A DNA stretch of 64,000 bases, taken from the NCBI GenBank assembly GCA_905178155.1, contig CAJINV010000011.1:3195144-3259143 (forward strand), in the 5' to 3' direction. A program made the translations under genes and the position numbers. This document shows, piece after piece, positions 1 to 13,724 of the stretch. Every line of letters begins with the position of its first letter. The stretch's first letter is position 1. This DNA comes from Amoebophrya sp. A120 (lineage: Eukaryota; Protista; Dinoflagellata). The notes beneath the pieces were generated by a model. It was given only the letters and a program-made list of their open reading frames with translations. It was not told the origin of the DNA and searched no databases.

Positions 1-3000
1 ACGCCTTGCCTTGTCCACCAGGTTTGTTCCCCGCATTGTTCGCCGAGGTGACGTAGACAAACATCTCTATGGGATAGGGCGGGGAGAGACACGAATCTAA
101 AATGTGAAACACGTCCGTTCCACTATTCGTAAACGCCTTGTAGACCGCAAGCAAGAGTTTCCTGAACTTCGTCCTCTGTTCTAGCTCGTATCAAATGTAA
201 AAATGTCTGGGTCTGGAAGATTCTGAAACTTGTCATGGGCCACGATGTCTGTGATGCATGCCCTAGCATCACAGACTTTTTGAGGGCTTCGTGACGCGTA
301 TTCCGCATGACAAATGCCCTCGCCGCGTAGCCAAAATTGCATTCCCTTTGCTGGTCATGCAATACAAATTTTTTTAGAATCCAAATGCAGCATCACAAGT
401 TCGGATTCTTCCAGACCCAGACATTTTTACGTTTGATAGCTCGCCGAATACCACCACGCAAAGACTGTCCCCGTCGTGGTTCGCGGAGTACTGGTAAAAA
501 TGGGAATCCGACAACTTTCCCCCTTTTCCAGCGGCCCGCATGCCCCCATTCGCCGAGGGAGAGACGGAGCTAGCCGTTGGGGAGTGACTTGTGCTGTTCC
601 CACTATTATTCCCTGTTAGTGCCACCACTGCGGAATCCGTAACCCCGGTCGCCTTCTCGAGAATCTTTTTTCGTTGCTGGAACCAGTCGACCAGATCCGT
701 CGCGGACAGAGCAGGAGTCGATCCCGGGTTGTTCGGAGAGGCCGGAGGTATGGGTTGATGCAGTTGATGTTGTTCCCCTATTGCTGCTGCACTTTGGTTA
801 GTACCACTGCTATTGCCCGAAGCTCCTGTTGATCCACCACCTGGTGCTCCTCCCGGCGCACTACCAGAACCCGCTGCTGACGTCGCTCCCGTGGGTGTCC
901 TGGCAGTAGTTGTACTGCTGGAAGATATTAAACCTCTGTCGGAATTTGCGTTTACAGGAGTGACGTTTCCCGCCCCAGAAGTTGTTGTGTTAGAGTTCTG
1001 TGCTTGCTGTGTCGCACCGCCGCTGTTGCTGGACCCTTTGGAAGATGAACTAGAGCTGGACCCTCCGCCGGTGTTGTTACCACCACCAGTGATGCACTGC
1101 AGATGGAAAATATCTACTGCTTTTCCCTCGCACTGAGAAATGAACCTCCGATCCAACGGCCTGCCCTCGTCGTACGTGAGTCTTTTCAAGTCCTTCAACT
1201 ATCGTAAGCAAAAACGTCCCCACCCCATAGTCAAGTTGGCAAATCTGCAACACAAATCCCCAACCTTTGGGAGTTGTGCATGACAAGTTCTTTCCGTCTC
1301 TAGTATAGTGGTGCTTAGCAAGGCAAGCCGCATGAGAAAGCCAATTTCTCATCCTGTTTACAGCATTACAAATGCCAAATCACGATTAGAAATAGAAATG
1401 CCTCTCATGGGGATGCGCATTACAAATGTTCCTGTCATTGCGCATTTGCATTACAGCTCTGGGGTGGGGACGTTTTTGCTGAGGATATCAACTTCCGTGA
1501 AATCATGGCGTCATCCCCCACGGCTTTGGCAGAGACGCCGAGCCGCTCCACCCCGTTCCCCAGCAGGGTTTCGATCTCCTTGGGGGACTATCAAATGCAA
1601 AAATGTCTGGGTCTGGAAGGTTCTAGACTTGTAATGCTGTCGCTGGATTGTAAAAAATTTGTATTGCATGACCAGCCAGAGAACTCCAGTTTGTGGCACG
1701 CGGAGAGGGCATTTCTCATGCGGCAGAGGCATCGCAAAGTCCTCTAAAAATCTATGATGCTAGGGCATGCATCACAGACATCATGGGCCATTCCAAATAT
1801 GCATGACAAACCTGGTAATCTTCTAGACCCAGACATTTTTGCATTTGATAGGGATAGCGCGAGCTTCGTGCGGCTGTCGCCCTTCCGGCAAGGGTTCGGG
1901 GGCTCCGCGGCCATCCGCCCATTCACCGACTGCGCGGCAAAATGAACTTTGATGTAGGCGGCGAGCTGTGATGATTTTCATCAATCTTGAGTAGAATCTT
2001 GACTAAGTACGTATTTTTTTCAATACTTCTTTTTTCGAAGCACATAACGAACATCTTCCAAAAGACAAGAGGACACGTCCCAAACGTCGAAACCTCATAC
2101 TGATACACAAGAAAAAAACAGGTACTAAGTGGTCAAGTATACGTTTTCATCCGTTACGCAGGCAGTCCCGTCGTTGCTATGATTTTGGTGGTTTCCAGGC
2201 CCCGGCGGGAGCGGTTTGTGGTCCCTTGCGCGCATGATGTAGAAGAAAAACTCGCGCTTGTCCGTGCTCCCGGGCGTGGCCTTCGCACAGGGAAACACGC
2301 AGAGCTGTGGTTTGATAGTGACAGTTTTGGAGGCACGTAGTTCCGGGTTTTTTGAAATGGACAAGTACGCGCAAAAAAACATGGGGTAGGTATGCTCAAC
2401 ATCAAGCGCTGACCTTTACAACGTTGCAACATTCAAACCGTACCATGTCTCGAAAATCTTCGACATTCAAGCTGAAGCACCAATCGGTGCACGACCTTCT
2501 GAACTACACGACCAACAGCAAAAATAGCCGCTTATTTTTGGAAAGAAACTTCTATACCTGCTTTTTGAAGTGGTGTTCCAGATCGTAAATTTTTCTCTGC
2601 GGAAACGCTTCCGTGGTTTGCAGCCGGATTAACTCCGGGCGGTCCCACACGGGAAGCGCTTGCACCTCCGGCAGCCCGAGCAAATCCGTCACGTCCAAAA
2701 TGGCCCGCTTCCCCTGCCGCGGGGAGCTGCCTTCCGCTACGGTGAACATTTTGGCCTGCAACCGCCAGAGCGCGACCAGGCACCGGGCGCGCTTCCGGTC
2801 CGTCTTGTTTCCCATGATCGCCGCGGGGAAAAGATTCGCCTTCTTCTTCCAGTCTGTGTGGCTGCCGGGACAAATCAACTTCGCGCCCGTAACCGTCTGG
2901 CACACGTCGGCCTGAGGAATGGTGTGTTCATCAGTTTCAAAGTACTACTTATCTCAATCTATCAGCGATGTTGAATTCTGCGGCGAGGACAACTTCTACA

Positions 3001-6000
3001 CATCGATCTTCTTCGATTTCAAACGAATGAACTCATATTCAAAGGTACCCGCTCATGGCCGGTTTTGTACTCCGCCCTGCTTCGTGAGAATAGGAAGTCG
3101 ACTTCGTCAAAAGTGAGCGCCACGCGATCGATTCCATACGGCTCAACGCTGGACTCGAAGTCTGTCGCACACCGCTTCAGGTCCTCTGGGTTCTCGAATC
3201 GGCAGTCTGTTTTTATATCATAATTCTTGGGTGAAGATAACAATGAGCAAGATGGTCAAACTCAGAATGAAAAATTGCACGCCGTGGCGAAGAACTCAGA
3301 ATTCTTCGACTGGTGAGGGGGAAAGAACCTCCAACATTCCGCGAAGATTGGTACTAGCAGCTTGCCAAGACGAGCCGCCCTGCAGTCAACTTAAAACTAA
3401 CAGGAGCATGTAGATGAAATAAAAATTATTCATTTCTTATACTCTGTATGTGATTCGGGACTTTTCTTTCCGCCAGGAATGCCCACTTGTCTCTCCGGAG
3501 GCTGAGATCTCGGGCGTTGTTGCCCCCGCCTCCCCCGCCGCGCGGGTTCCTCGACTGGTCATCGGAAACTTGGAAAATGATGCTGTCCGGTATCGTGCGC
3601 CAGGGCATGAAGCCCATAGGTTCCAACAGCCCCACCGTCGCCTTCGCAAACAGGTCATCGCGAAATGTGTCGAGGCTGACCTCCTGACTCGCCTCTTTCT
3701 TCCGGTTGCCCTGTCTAGGACCAGTTTGGCTGCTACTGGTATTGGAGGCTGCTGCTCCTGCACTCTGCTGGTTCATAGTCGCGGCCCCGTTGCTTATTTG
3801 GCTACTATTACTCAACCCGGTTGTGTTGTGCAGCTGATGTTGTGCCGGGAGTGAACTACCTCCCCCACCACCTAGCCTTGGATCTACCACCGTTTTCATC
3901 GTAGACGAACTTGTCGTGGTGTTTTTGCTACTGGACGCGGATTTAGGCTTGTTGGAGGCAAGAAACACGTTAGGGTTCTGTTCGTCCACCATCCCCGAGC
4001 TCAGTGTGTCCTCCTGCCCAGAGGACTGCAGACTACCACTCCGCGCGTCCGGCGCGGCACCAACGGAGGTCTGCGGAACGGTCGTGGTCGAGGACGCTGA
4101 CATTGTGGATCTGTTCTGCTCTACGTTATTTCTCTGCAGCTGCACAAGGCCAGCACTGTCGTGTTTATTTGTAGAAGTTCCTGCTGCACCAGTGCTACTA
4201 CTCGAAGACCTGTTGGTCGCGGACGTGATAGTACCAACAACACCTCCACCCAGACCCGCCTCCGGACTACCCGGGTCTCCGGTGATAGCCTGTGCGCCTC
4301 CCAAAGGCGGAAAGGATAAGGTTTTCCCCGCTGCCGTCGCCGGGTTCATATCGTGTCGCTGCTGCTGCTGGGATTGATTTGTTCCTGAATTACTGCCGCC
4401 CCCAGGAGCCCCTACAGCAGCTTCTGGACTGTTTCCCGGATCCCCCCCGCCGGGGCCCTTGTTTCGGTTCAAATTTGCCCAAGGCGCAATGCTGTGGGTC
4501 GCTTTTTTCTTGTCGCTGGTGGAAGTGGAGGAAGATAATACGGCGCCCTTGTTCCGCTGCAAAACGATTGGGGAAACTACGCAATCCGCACCCTCCTTAC
4601 TGTGCGAGGAAGAGCTGTCGCCATGATGCTGTTGTTGGACTGAAGCAGCAACAGTTCCTCCTGCGGAGGATGATACAACAGTTCCTGCTGCTGCACCTCC
4701 TGCTGCCCCAGTTGTACTGGTTTTGGTGCTGTTGTAGAGACTGCTATAACTACTTTCGTGCTGGTTACTTTGCGCGTTACGTTGGTCGAGGGAAGTGGAG
4801 GATGACTCTTTTGTAGTTCCTTCTTGCTGAAGTGAAGATGAAGCAGGTATTATCAATGCTGCGGTCGCGGTCGTTCCTGTCGCTGCGGTCGTGGTCGATA
4901 CAGCCATGTCGCTTGGGGTTACGAGGGGCGTCTGTTAATCGTTGTAGAGTGGTTTGGTGTGCCTCAGATGGTTGACAAAGCTTCAGCAGTACACAATTCC
5001 TTCCGGAATCACAATCATACGCAACAAACTCATTACATTTTCGCGAGCGATTAGGCACCTTGTGGAAATGTTGTAAATACAACAGAAAATACAGAAAGAA
5101 AAAGACTATAAGTACCTCCTCAACTGGCACTTCTAGACTCTGTTCGGTTTTTTCCTTGGCGGGCATATCATCTTCTCCGGCGGTAGCAGGCTCCTTGGGT
5201 TTTGGACCTGAAAATAAACCAGCATTTACTTGGACACGAAGATCGTCAAGATGCCGACTTCGACATGGTATGAAAATCAAGATCATGCATCTGCGCGGCC
5301 AGCAATTGAAAAATTTTAAAAAAGTTCATTTGCGATTATAATTTTCCCACATTTCATACCTTCCATCGCCGCGATTAGGGGTCCCAGGTTTGCAAAGGAC
5401 GGCAGCTCCTCTTCGGGATCGGCCCCTGCCTCGGTCTCGGGTTGTCGCCAAGAACCACTGCCGTGTCTTCTACCTGTAAAGATTTTTGGTCATTTGATAT
5501 GCTGCTGTTCCTATTCATCTCCAGTACAAGAACTTCTCGTAGTACTACTACATCGCGAGTGCTGTTCATGGCTACGGTTGAAAAAAATCCTCCGGTACTA
5601 TATTAACAGGCACCCACACAAATAATCCATGTAACCTGATCAACCACAACCACAAAAAGGACCTCTTTCAGTTGTATGCAACATGATACCTGCTCCCTTC
5701 CCCACTCCTGCCGCGCCTTTCTTGCCCTGCAAAACTGACCCGTCTTGTTGTTCAGGCAAGGGCGGCGGCAAGAAGCTCGGCTTGGGCGTCGCGGAGGAGG
5801 TCTGAGTATTATTGTTGTGTGGTCCACCTCCTTCTTCTCCGTCGGTTGCGCCCGCGTCCGTGCCGCCCCGCGAGCTGGGCTTGTTCGGTTCCACGGGGGG
5901 CATGGCGGCAACGCGACGCGCCAGATCCTGGATGTTGGCGACACCCGGTCCGTCGTTTTCCAAAGCGTTGTTCCGCGCGTCCGCGCCGTACCCCTTGGAG

Positions 6001-7872
6001 GCGTTGGACGTGTACCCGCTGCTGTCGTAGTGCTGACTCGCATTATGGTGCGAATTGTCGGCGTTAGTGTTGTTGTTACCGTAGTACCCCGAGCCCGCTT
6101 TGCTCCGCCCGTAGCTGTTATCCTTGCTGTAGTAGTTTTGGTTGTTCCCGTACTGACTAGATTCCCCCTGGGAATACGTACGGGAGTTCCGGCCCTGGTT
6201 GGGGTCCCAGTTGCTGTGGCTGTTCCAGTTGCCTTGCTGGTTGTTCGTCCAGGAGTTGGGGCCCTGTAGTTTCGAATTTCGCGATAAATGCGATCGTTGA
6301 AAGAATTTTAACTTTGGATAGTAAGTAAGCTGCTTTGTACAATAAAACAAGAGAAGAGGCGCAGTAGACTTCATCCCCCGTATGATGGAAAATAAATACT
6401 TTAAACACAAAAAATCCATATCGAAAAAATCCATACGTGCGCTTGCGGCGATATGGTGCTGGCCCCGCCGAGCTGCTGCCTTTGCTTCCCGGCGTGGTAG
6501 CCTCCCTTGCTCGCCGCCGGATAAGCACCCGTGGGCGTGTGCCTCGGCCCTGACCGCCAGTCGTCCTGTAAGTTGCGGTTGTAGTCAGTGTTTTGCATCT
6601 GCTGCGAGTTGTTCCCCGAAATAGCCCCGTGCATTTGGCTACTACTAGAATGGCTGCCCCCGTACTGTTGGCTGTTGCCGTGCTGGCTGTTATGGTAGCC
6701 ACCTCCGTGATGCTGGTTCTGACCCCCGTGATGCTGGGTATTAGCATTGTTTGTGCCAGCATTGCCTCCGTACGAGGTGTGCTGGTTCCAATTATTCTGC
6801 TGCTGACGACCTTGATTCGTCGTGTGCTGGTGGTGCTGCTGCTGCTGTTGGTGCTGCTGCTGTTGTGCGGCTAACTGCTGCGACACTTGGCGCTCCCGGT
6901 CTACTGCGGACCTCTGCTGGAACTCGGCTCCCCCCTGACGCTGGTTGAACAACGACGCATTAGCATCCGCTGCCCCGGGGTTATTCTGCTGCTGCTGCTG
7001 CGCAAGAGCCGCGTGCTGTTGCTGCTGCTGCCCCAGTTGTTGCTCCACGGTGCCCGGATGCCCGCCCATGGAACCTGAATGAGAGAAAGAGAACGAATAA
7101 TTGATTGCTCGTTTAGCTACAAAAATCTCTACTAGCGGCCTCCTAGCGTCGAGCTGCAATTACTATTATACTTTACTTCTAGATCAGCGAGCAAATGCCA
7201 ATCTATCATCTCCAGGGTCGTGTTAGCGAAGCACAAAAACAAAGCAGGAAAATCTAAATCAAAAAACAAAAATCTCTGTACCGACTCCGACCGCACCGAC
7301 GCCCTGCTGCAGTGCGTGTTGCTGTGGCACCACGCCCACTTGTCTTTGCTGGTTCTGGGTGACGAGCATCTCTTTTTGTTTCATCTGAATCAGCCTGATC
7401 TGATGCAAAACATTTTTGAAGACTTCCTCGCTGATCCCCTTGTCCGAGATCCAGGCTCTTCTCCTCACCTCTTGACTTGCCAGCTCCTGCTCGGTCATGG
7501 GCCGCCCGTCCTGGTGCGTGTACACGTGCGAATCACACATGTCCGTGCCGTAGGCGACGAGGTAGGCCTTCCAGTTTGGGTCCTGCTCCAACGAAATCTG
7601 GGTAAACACGTACTGAATCATCTGCAGCTCGGGCGCGGCGATTCCGTAGTTTTCGTAGATCAGCTTCTGCTGCATGGCCACCTTCTGCATCTGCTGCGGG
7701 TCAGTCGGGTCGGTCTGTTGCTGCAATAACGGGTGTTGCTGCTGCCCGTACTGTTGTTGCACAGCCGCGGCCTGCTGTTGGTGCTGCGTAGTCATAGCTC
7801 CAGCGGTCTGCTGCATTCTGTTGAACTGTCCTCCTGTCTGTTGCGATTGCGCAGCTGTAGACATGGAATGCA

Positions 7873-7910
<38 letters not shown>

Positions 7911-10900
7911 AATTGCCCAAAGGCAGCTTGCTGCTGTTGAGTTGTTTGGTGCTGCTGCTGACCCATCAACGTTGCAGCAGCATTCATGGCTGTTGTAGTG
8001 CCGGCAGCTCCATGATACGGATTGTTCTGTAACTGTTGCTGTTGCTGTGCTGCGAGTAGCTGCTGCTGCTGCTGGAATGTGTGCTGCTGTAGCTGCTGCA
8101 TTTGCTGCCCTTGCATGGCCGTCAGCTGCTGTTGATGCTGGAACGACGCCATTTGCGGTTGCTGCATTTGCGATTGCTGCTGCATTCCTCCCATCGCCGC
8201 ATTTCCCATTTGGGCCGCTTGTTGCATTGCGTTCTGCACGACGGGGTTATTTGATGTAGTTCCTGCAGCTCCACCAAATTGCGTCTGCTGCATCGCATTG
8301 TTCTGTTGCTGCTGCTGACCACCACTAGTATTATTATTCTGTCCGCCTAGCCCAATCGTGTGGATGTGCTGGTTGGGCTGGAAGTGTTCCGCGCTCGAAT
8401 TCAAGCTGCTCGTGGTGCCGGTTAAGAAAGGGGAACTTTGCGGCTGCATTTGTTGTTGAACGCCTTGCTGCGAAAACTGCTGCTGCAAATGTTGTTGATT
8501 CGTCGACAGTTGCTGCTGTTGCATGTTCGCCACAGCACCGTGTTGTTGCGCCGCCACCATATTCCCGCGCTGCTGTTGCGTTTGCTGTTGTGCACCGGCA
8601 CTGTTTAAATTATGCTGGTGTTGCTGCATAGTAGACATCGGGTTGTTGTTCATCTGCTGGACCTGGTTTGCTCGCTGGTTGCCCTGTTGCAAATGCTGGT
8701 GATGCGGCGTCAGAAAGTTGCCGTTCCCCACATTAACACCAGAAGTGGTATTATTCGACACAGCAGGAGCAGCAGCGTTGAAACTTGTTTGCTGCTGCGA
8801 TAGTGGATTATTACTGTTGCCCACAATCTGTTGCTGCCCTGACTGCTGCTGTTGTTGCCCTGATTGCTGCTGCTGCTGAGTACTAGCGACCCCCATAGAA
8901 GCTGCCCATCCCACCACGCCAGGCGTGCTGCCCATCTGGGCGGTAGCTGGATTCGTGGCGTTTGAGGTTGTCGGGGCCCCCTGCTGTACCACCGTGTTAC
9001 TAGCGGTGCCTGTCGCAGTTGCAACGTTGGTCGTGTTTGCCTGCTGCAGCTGTTGCTGCCCAGCACCGAGCTGCTGTTGATGTTGAGACACAACTAGGCC
9101 ACTACGCATGGCACCAGTATTCCCCGCTTGCTGGTTCCCCGCCAGCTGCTCCAACGCAGAAACCTGGGGCGGCATCTGCTGCGGGATTTGCATCAGGCTG
9201 TTTTCCGTCGGAGTTAAAGACTGCTTCGATCCCTGCAAGCTCTGACTCTGGCTCTGCTGCAGCGCGTCGACAGTACCACCTGTTGTGGTGGCCATTGCAT
9301 TAGTACCCTGTTGCACCACAACCTGCTGATGTTGTTGCGCGGAGATAGTTGTACTGTGATTATTGTTCGCGGCCCCCATCATGATGTGCTGTTGATTCAT
9401 TCCCTGTTGCTGCTGCTGATTTGGTTGCTGCTGGAGGTTGTTCTGCTGGTTTACCATTTGTTGCTGCGGTTGCTGCGCCACATGCTGCCCGACAACTCCA
9501 CCCTGTGCACCAGCAGTAGTTGCACCTCCCGACGCCGACCCAACAACATGATCCGGTCTACTGCTGTTCTGATTCTGCCCGCTGCTTGTCTGATTCGGAG
9601 CAATGGGCGGCTTTCCCAGGTGCTGGTTCTGCTGGTTGTTGTACCGATTGTAGCTGTGATTCGATGCCGTGGAATTTGCTCGGCTCTTGTTCTGTTCCCA
9701 TGGTGGTGGGTTTTGGATTTGGTTCAGGTTTTGCTGCTGGCTGCCTTGCTGCTGCTGCTGCGTCTGTTGTTCCCAGGGTTGTTGTTGTACAACTTGCGGG
9801 ATAGTACCGCCCAGATTATTGGCGTGCGCCCCCGGAAGATGTTGTCCCGGAGGGTTCTGCGATGTCCATTGCGGCGTAGGCTGCTGATTCGGCGGAACCG
9901 ATACCGGACCCATCTGCTGTTGCTGGCTATTATTTACCAAACCTGCCGCTGCGCCCAGCGGGTTGTTGCTGTTGTTCGTACCGTACACAGGAGCTGCACC
10001 AGCTGTACCAGAACCAGCACCACCTCCAACGGGTGCGTTCGCGACCCCGGCAGATGTTGTACCAACAGATATTATGTTCGCAGGAGGCAGGTTATGATTC
10101 ATAACATTGCCCCCGATATTGCCTTGTGCCTGCTGCTGTTGCTGTTCCACCAGTTGTTTCTGCTCCATGCTGCTCGTTCTCGGTGGCGGCAGGAATTGCT
10201 TGCTCACATTCGCAGAGACAATGGTCGGGTGCGAGCTGTCGGACAAAAGCTCTGGAGGCGGATTAGCGGTTTGCTGTGTGGGTGGTCCTTGATGTGAAGA
10301 TGTTCCGAGCACGACACCAGGCATAATTCCCAGACTATTCTGTTGTTCGACGTGGTGCTCACCAGCAACGCTGTTCGACGTTTGTGGCATCTGCATGTCG
10401 CTGGGTAAGTCCAAAGTAGCTGCCCCCGCAACTCCCGAGACTACAAAAGCCCCCGGTCCGTTGGAGGGCGTGCCCACACCGGAGGGGATGGTGGCGTCGC
10501 TGTACTGATCCAAGGGCCGCTCCATCAACCGCGAGGGGACAGTTCCGACGACCTGCGCCGGCGGTGGATTGTTTATTTCTGCGGAGGTTAACAGAGTGTT
10601 ATTCACCATCATCCCGGGTGGTCCGACTTGCTGCTGATGATTTTCTAACGTATTGGTGTCGGAACTGGACTTGAGCAAACCCGTGTCTTCGGACGGCGAC
10701 TGACTCGCGGTGGAAGAAACCACGTTCTCGGGGCTGGGGTCTCGCCTCTGGTTTTGGTGGACAATCTGCGGTGGCTGCTGTGCAGCGAGGTTTTCGGCCG
10801 GAGTGGTGGGCTGCTTCCACCGCTTCTCCGCCACAATCTTCACGTCGGGAAACGTTTTCAGGTACTCCTTCACCTGTATACGTTATTGTTTTATAGAGCA

Positions 10901-13724
10901 TAAGGTCCTGTGCTGTTAAGACGTATTGGTATAAAAATCTTTTTCTATATACGACACGACCAAGCCGCGGCGTGGTACAGTCATTTACGAGCCAAATCAA
11001 ACTACCCATGCAAATTATTCGCAAAAAAAAGAAACAAAACAGTATAGAAATTTATACCGCCCCTTCCAGCAGGTCCATGTTCAGCGCAGATATGCAGATG
11101 CACGTCGACTGCGCCTCCGACTCTTCCCTATTGGTGGTCGCGATCGCGATCCCGGCTGCCTGCGTCTCCTTCTCTTTCAGCGTGTTGGGGAAATTTTTAA
11201 GGCACCGCCCGTTGTTCACCTCCACCATGATGATTTCCGTCAACCAGTACGGCCTGAGCACCGCCGATTTGTAGCTGTGACACCGCTCCAGCGCTTTCAC
11301 GACCTTCTTCGCGTGTAACACCGCACTCATCGACTGTTCCCGAATGATCTCAATGCAGCAGATCGCCACCGCTCGTTCCCTCGGGGTGCCGATCACGATG
11401 CAGACCTGTTTCTCGTGCTTCCCCAGCAACTCCAAAATCGCCCCCGACCGGCGCTCGATCCCCTGCCGGGTCACCCGGTTCTTCCCGTTGATGAACTTCG
11501 CCTCGATCTTGTTCGCGAGGGTGATGCGGTCCGCACCCCAGTCCGCGTTGCAGAAATGCGTCGTGTAGAGGACCCGTTCATCAGTTTTCATGTTGTTTTT
11601 GTTGTTCTTCTGGTTCTGGTTATTGTTGTTCCCGCCTCGGTTATTGTTCCCCCGCTGGTCTCCTCGGCTGTTCGCGTTGTTGGCGTTATTGTTTCCGCTC
11701 GGCCCGTCCGCGAGCTGCTGAGCGAGGGCGCGGAGCTTCTCGACGAGCGTTTTCCTCCGCTCTTCCAATGGCATGCGAATTATCGTGTCGTCGTCCATTC
11801 CGAGTACGCCAAAACCAAGGGAGGGCTGAGTTTTGTGAAGTTTGATTGATGTTCCATCATGGAGTGGATTGGCTTTATGATTATGGGTCATAGACCGCTT
11901 ATGAGTACAACTATACTATAACCCTGACAGCATCATAATTATGATGTGCTGTGCTGCATACACACAATAAAGCAAATTTACCTTCGGAGCCTGTTTTATC
12001 GGACTCTGAATGTGTTTTGCGGAATTCGCTTTCGCCGCCCAACTGCCGGCCGCCGCCGCGGAGTGTTGGTTCCGCATGATGCTGCCCCAGGTTTTCACGT
12101 GCGCGCGGTGGTCCTCCTCGCTGGTGACAATTGCGGTTTGGCACAACGGACAGGTCTTCAATCCCTCCAGCTGCGGGGCGCACTGCTCGCAGAACCAGTG
12201 GAAGCAGTTCCCGTGCGAAAGGAGAACCCCCTTGCTTAAATCCGACACCTCCGTGCAGAAGGAACAGGGCGCCATGAGGCCATTGTACTTGTTCGCGTTC
12301 GTTTGGTCCTTTTTGTTGTTAGCTGTACCTGCTCCTGGGTTCTCCGACGTCGGCTCTTTCAAACTTCCACCGTCTGGGTTATTTTCTTTTGTTTCACCAG
12401 CATTTTTCTCTTGTTTCGCATTGTTCGCACCGTCCGCAGATTCCTGCAAGCTCGGACCGACACTAGAAGTACCGTTCATCATTCCCGAATTGTTCCCGGC
12501 TTTCGGCACAACTTTCGGGAAGGTGTGGGACACTTTGTCCTTGTACAGCAAGTCATAATGGCCCGGTTTGTACAAGAGAAAAAATTGCCCCCCCGGGCCT
12601 TGGAAATCTGCCGTCGGGTACTCGTGGGTTTTCGTGTGTTCCGGATTTTCCTCGTCCAAGGGGACGACATCCACTTTCGCTTCAAAAAAGTACGCCGCGG
12701 AAGTTAAAACCAAGGACTCCGCCTCCTTTCCCATGGCGAGCACCTCGGAATTGATGTAGTCCTCCAGATCCATGCCAAAGGAGAGCTTCGTCAGTTCCTG
12801 CAGCGTCCCGCCCCCAAACTCCCCGACGTTGTTATCTTTCTCCGCGCGCATGTGGCGGGAAATCCCGTGCCGCACCAGCCACACGACGAAAAGATCCATG
12901 TGCTGGGAGGTCATCAGGGTGAAGTGGAGTTTCTTGCTGTCCGTGACCAGATATCAAAAGTAAAAATCCCTGGAGGTCTGGAAACTTGTGATGCTGGGTG
13001 GCGTCTCATGATGAGGCTACAAATGCTGGCTCAGCATGACAGGTTTCTGAGCTCCTAGGTGTTGCCTATTCTGCATGACAAACTGCGCTTCTGCATCACA
13101 GAAAAGCGGAGCTCTTGGGCAACGTGCATGACAGATTCAAGAGTCATGCCAGACAAGCATGACAAACATGAATTCTTCCAGACCCAGACAATTTTGCACT
13201 TGATACCAGATCCCGAAGCTCTTTGAGCAGTTTCGAAAACTGCTGCACCGCTTTCTGCTCGATCTCCGTGACAAACGCGGGCGGGAGAAGGAACTTCTCC
13301 AACCGCTCGCGCTTCGCGGCCTTGGACTGTTGTATATGTGGAAATTCGGTGAATGAATTTGATCAAATTACATAGCGCACAAACCGTAGTACATTCTGTT
13401 CTCAATAGTTGAATATTTTCCTGTATCAAAAGTATATCCAAACACATCAATCTCAGCCTTTACCAGCGTGCTACAGGCCAGCGCCTCCAAGAAGGCGAAG
13501 CCCATGGCGCGGTAGAAGCAGTTGCCGTCCCCGCGGACCAGCCGCACCTGGTTGATGCCATCTTTCTGGATGGAATCCAACTGCTCCCGCCCGGAGGTGT
13601 TGGAGACGATCAAACTACTCACATCCTTCAGCTCAGACAGGGGGTACTTGGCCGGACTCGAGTCCGCCGCGGCCGCCTCCAGCACGGCCGACCCCCACTG
13701 CTCCACCTTCCGCGCATACGCCAT
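1..13724 (-). CDS. Large multi-exon gene (3' end runs off the window): otubain-type OTU deubiquitinase + RING finger + KH-like repeats + long Q/N/S-rich low-complexity region
   Basis: OTU motifs VRGDGNCFYRA (ORF 13368-13724) and LLYKPGHYDLLY (ORF 11916-12914). RING-like CSFC..GNCFHWFCEQC..CPLC at ~12135-12268. KH-like FINGKNRVTRQGIERRSGAIL..IVIGTPRERAVA at ~11340-11500. Most successive ORFs join in frame through GT-AG introns (e.g. APK|gtaaat..actcag|PSL; EGA|gtataa..tatacag|VKE; AH|gtatgg..ctacag|GPN; EE|gtactt..ttaacag|TPL) and four TIR introners; joins between ~1950 and ~3430 were not fully resolved. True start may lie upstream. Confidence 0.75.
189..438. mobile_element. Introner, TIR family A
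   Basis: TATCAAATGTAAAAATGTCTGGGTCTGGAAGA...TCTTCCAGACCCAGACATTTTTACGTTTGATA, flanked by GCTCG/GCTCG. Removal of element + 5 nt gives VFGE-LEQRTKFRKLL, open to the window edge. Confidence 0.92.
1200..1487. mobile_element. Introner, TIR family B
   Basis: TATCGTAAGCAAAAACGTCCCCACCCC...GGGGTGGGGACGTTTTTGCTGAGGATA, DR TCAAC/TCAAC. Join reads ISRKL-KDLKRL in frame. Confidence 0.92.
1589..1850. mobile_element. Introner, TIR family A
   Basis: TATCAAATGCAAAAATGTCTGGGTCT...AGACCCAGACATTTTTGCATTTGATA, DR GGGAC/GGGAT. Join reads KLALS-PKEIETLL. Confidence 0.92.
7874..7908 (-). repeat. (CAG)n polyglutamine tract within the Q-rich exon
   Basis: Perfect CTG run on the + strand, translated as poly-Q in ORF 7259-10873. 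Confidence 0.85.
12952..13205. mobile_element. Introner, TIR family A, inside the OTU domain
   Basis: TATCAAAAGTAAAAAT..GGTCTGGAA...TTCCAGACCCAGACAATTTTGCACTTGATA, DR CCAGA/CCAGA. Join reads KELRDL-VTDSKKLHFTLMTSQH. Confidence 0.9.

Noticed and set aside
189-438. Interpreting the introner-containing genes as transposon-disrupted pseudogenes
   Set aside because: Flanking exons stay open and conserved, including ABCE1 catalytic motifs, and one uniform excision rule restores every frame. Splicing is still inferred, not shown.
123-1945. Recurrent short ORF peptides such as FQTQTFL, KMSGSGR and CKNVWVWK suggesting a protein family
   Set aside because: They are translations of the family A TIR in different frames, not genes.
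5568-5577. CCGTAGCCAT on the minus strand, matching the 5' part of the dinoflagellate spliced leader
   Set aside because: Only 10 nt, the TTTTGGCTCAAG part is missing, and it lies inside a probable intron; likely chance.
7259-10873. Genome-wide stop-codon reassignment (TAA/TAG read as Gln)
   Set aside because: This 1204-aa exon has a very large number of Gln codons and no in-frame TAA/TAG, and genes end normally at TGA/TAA.
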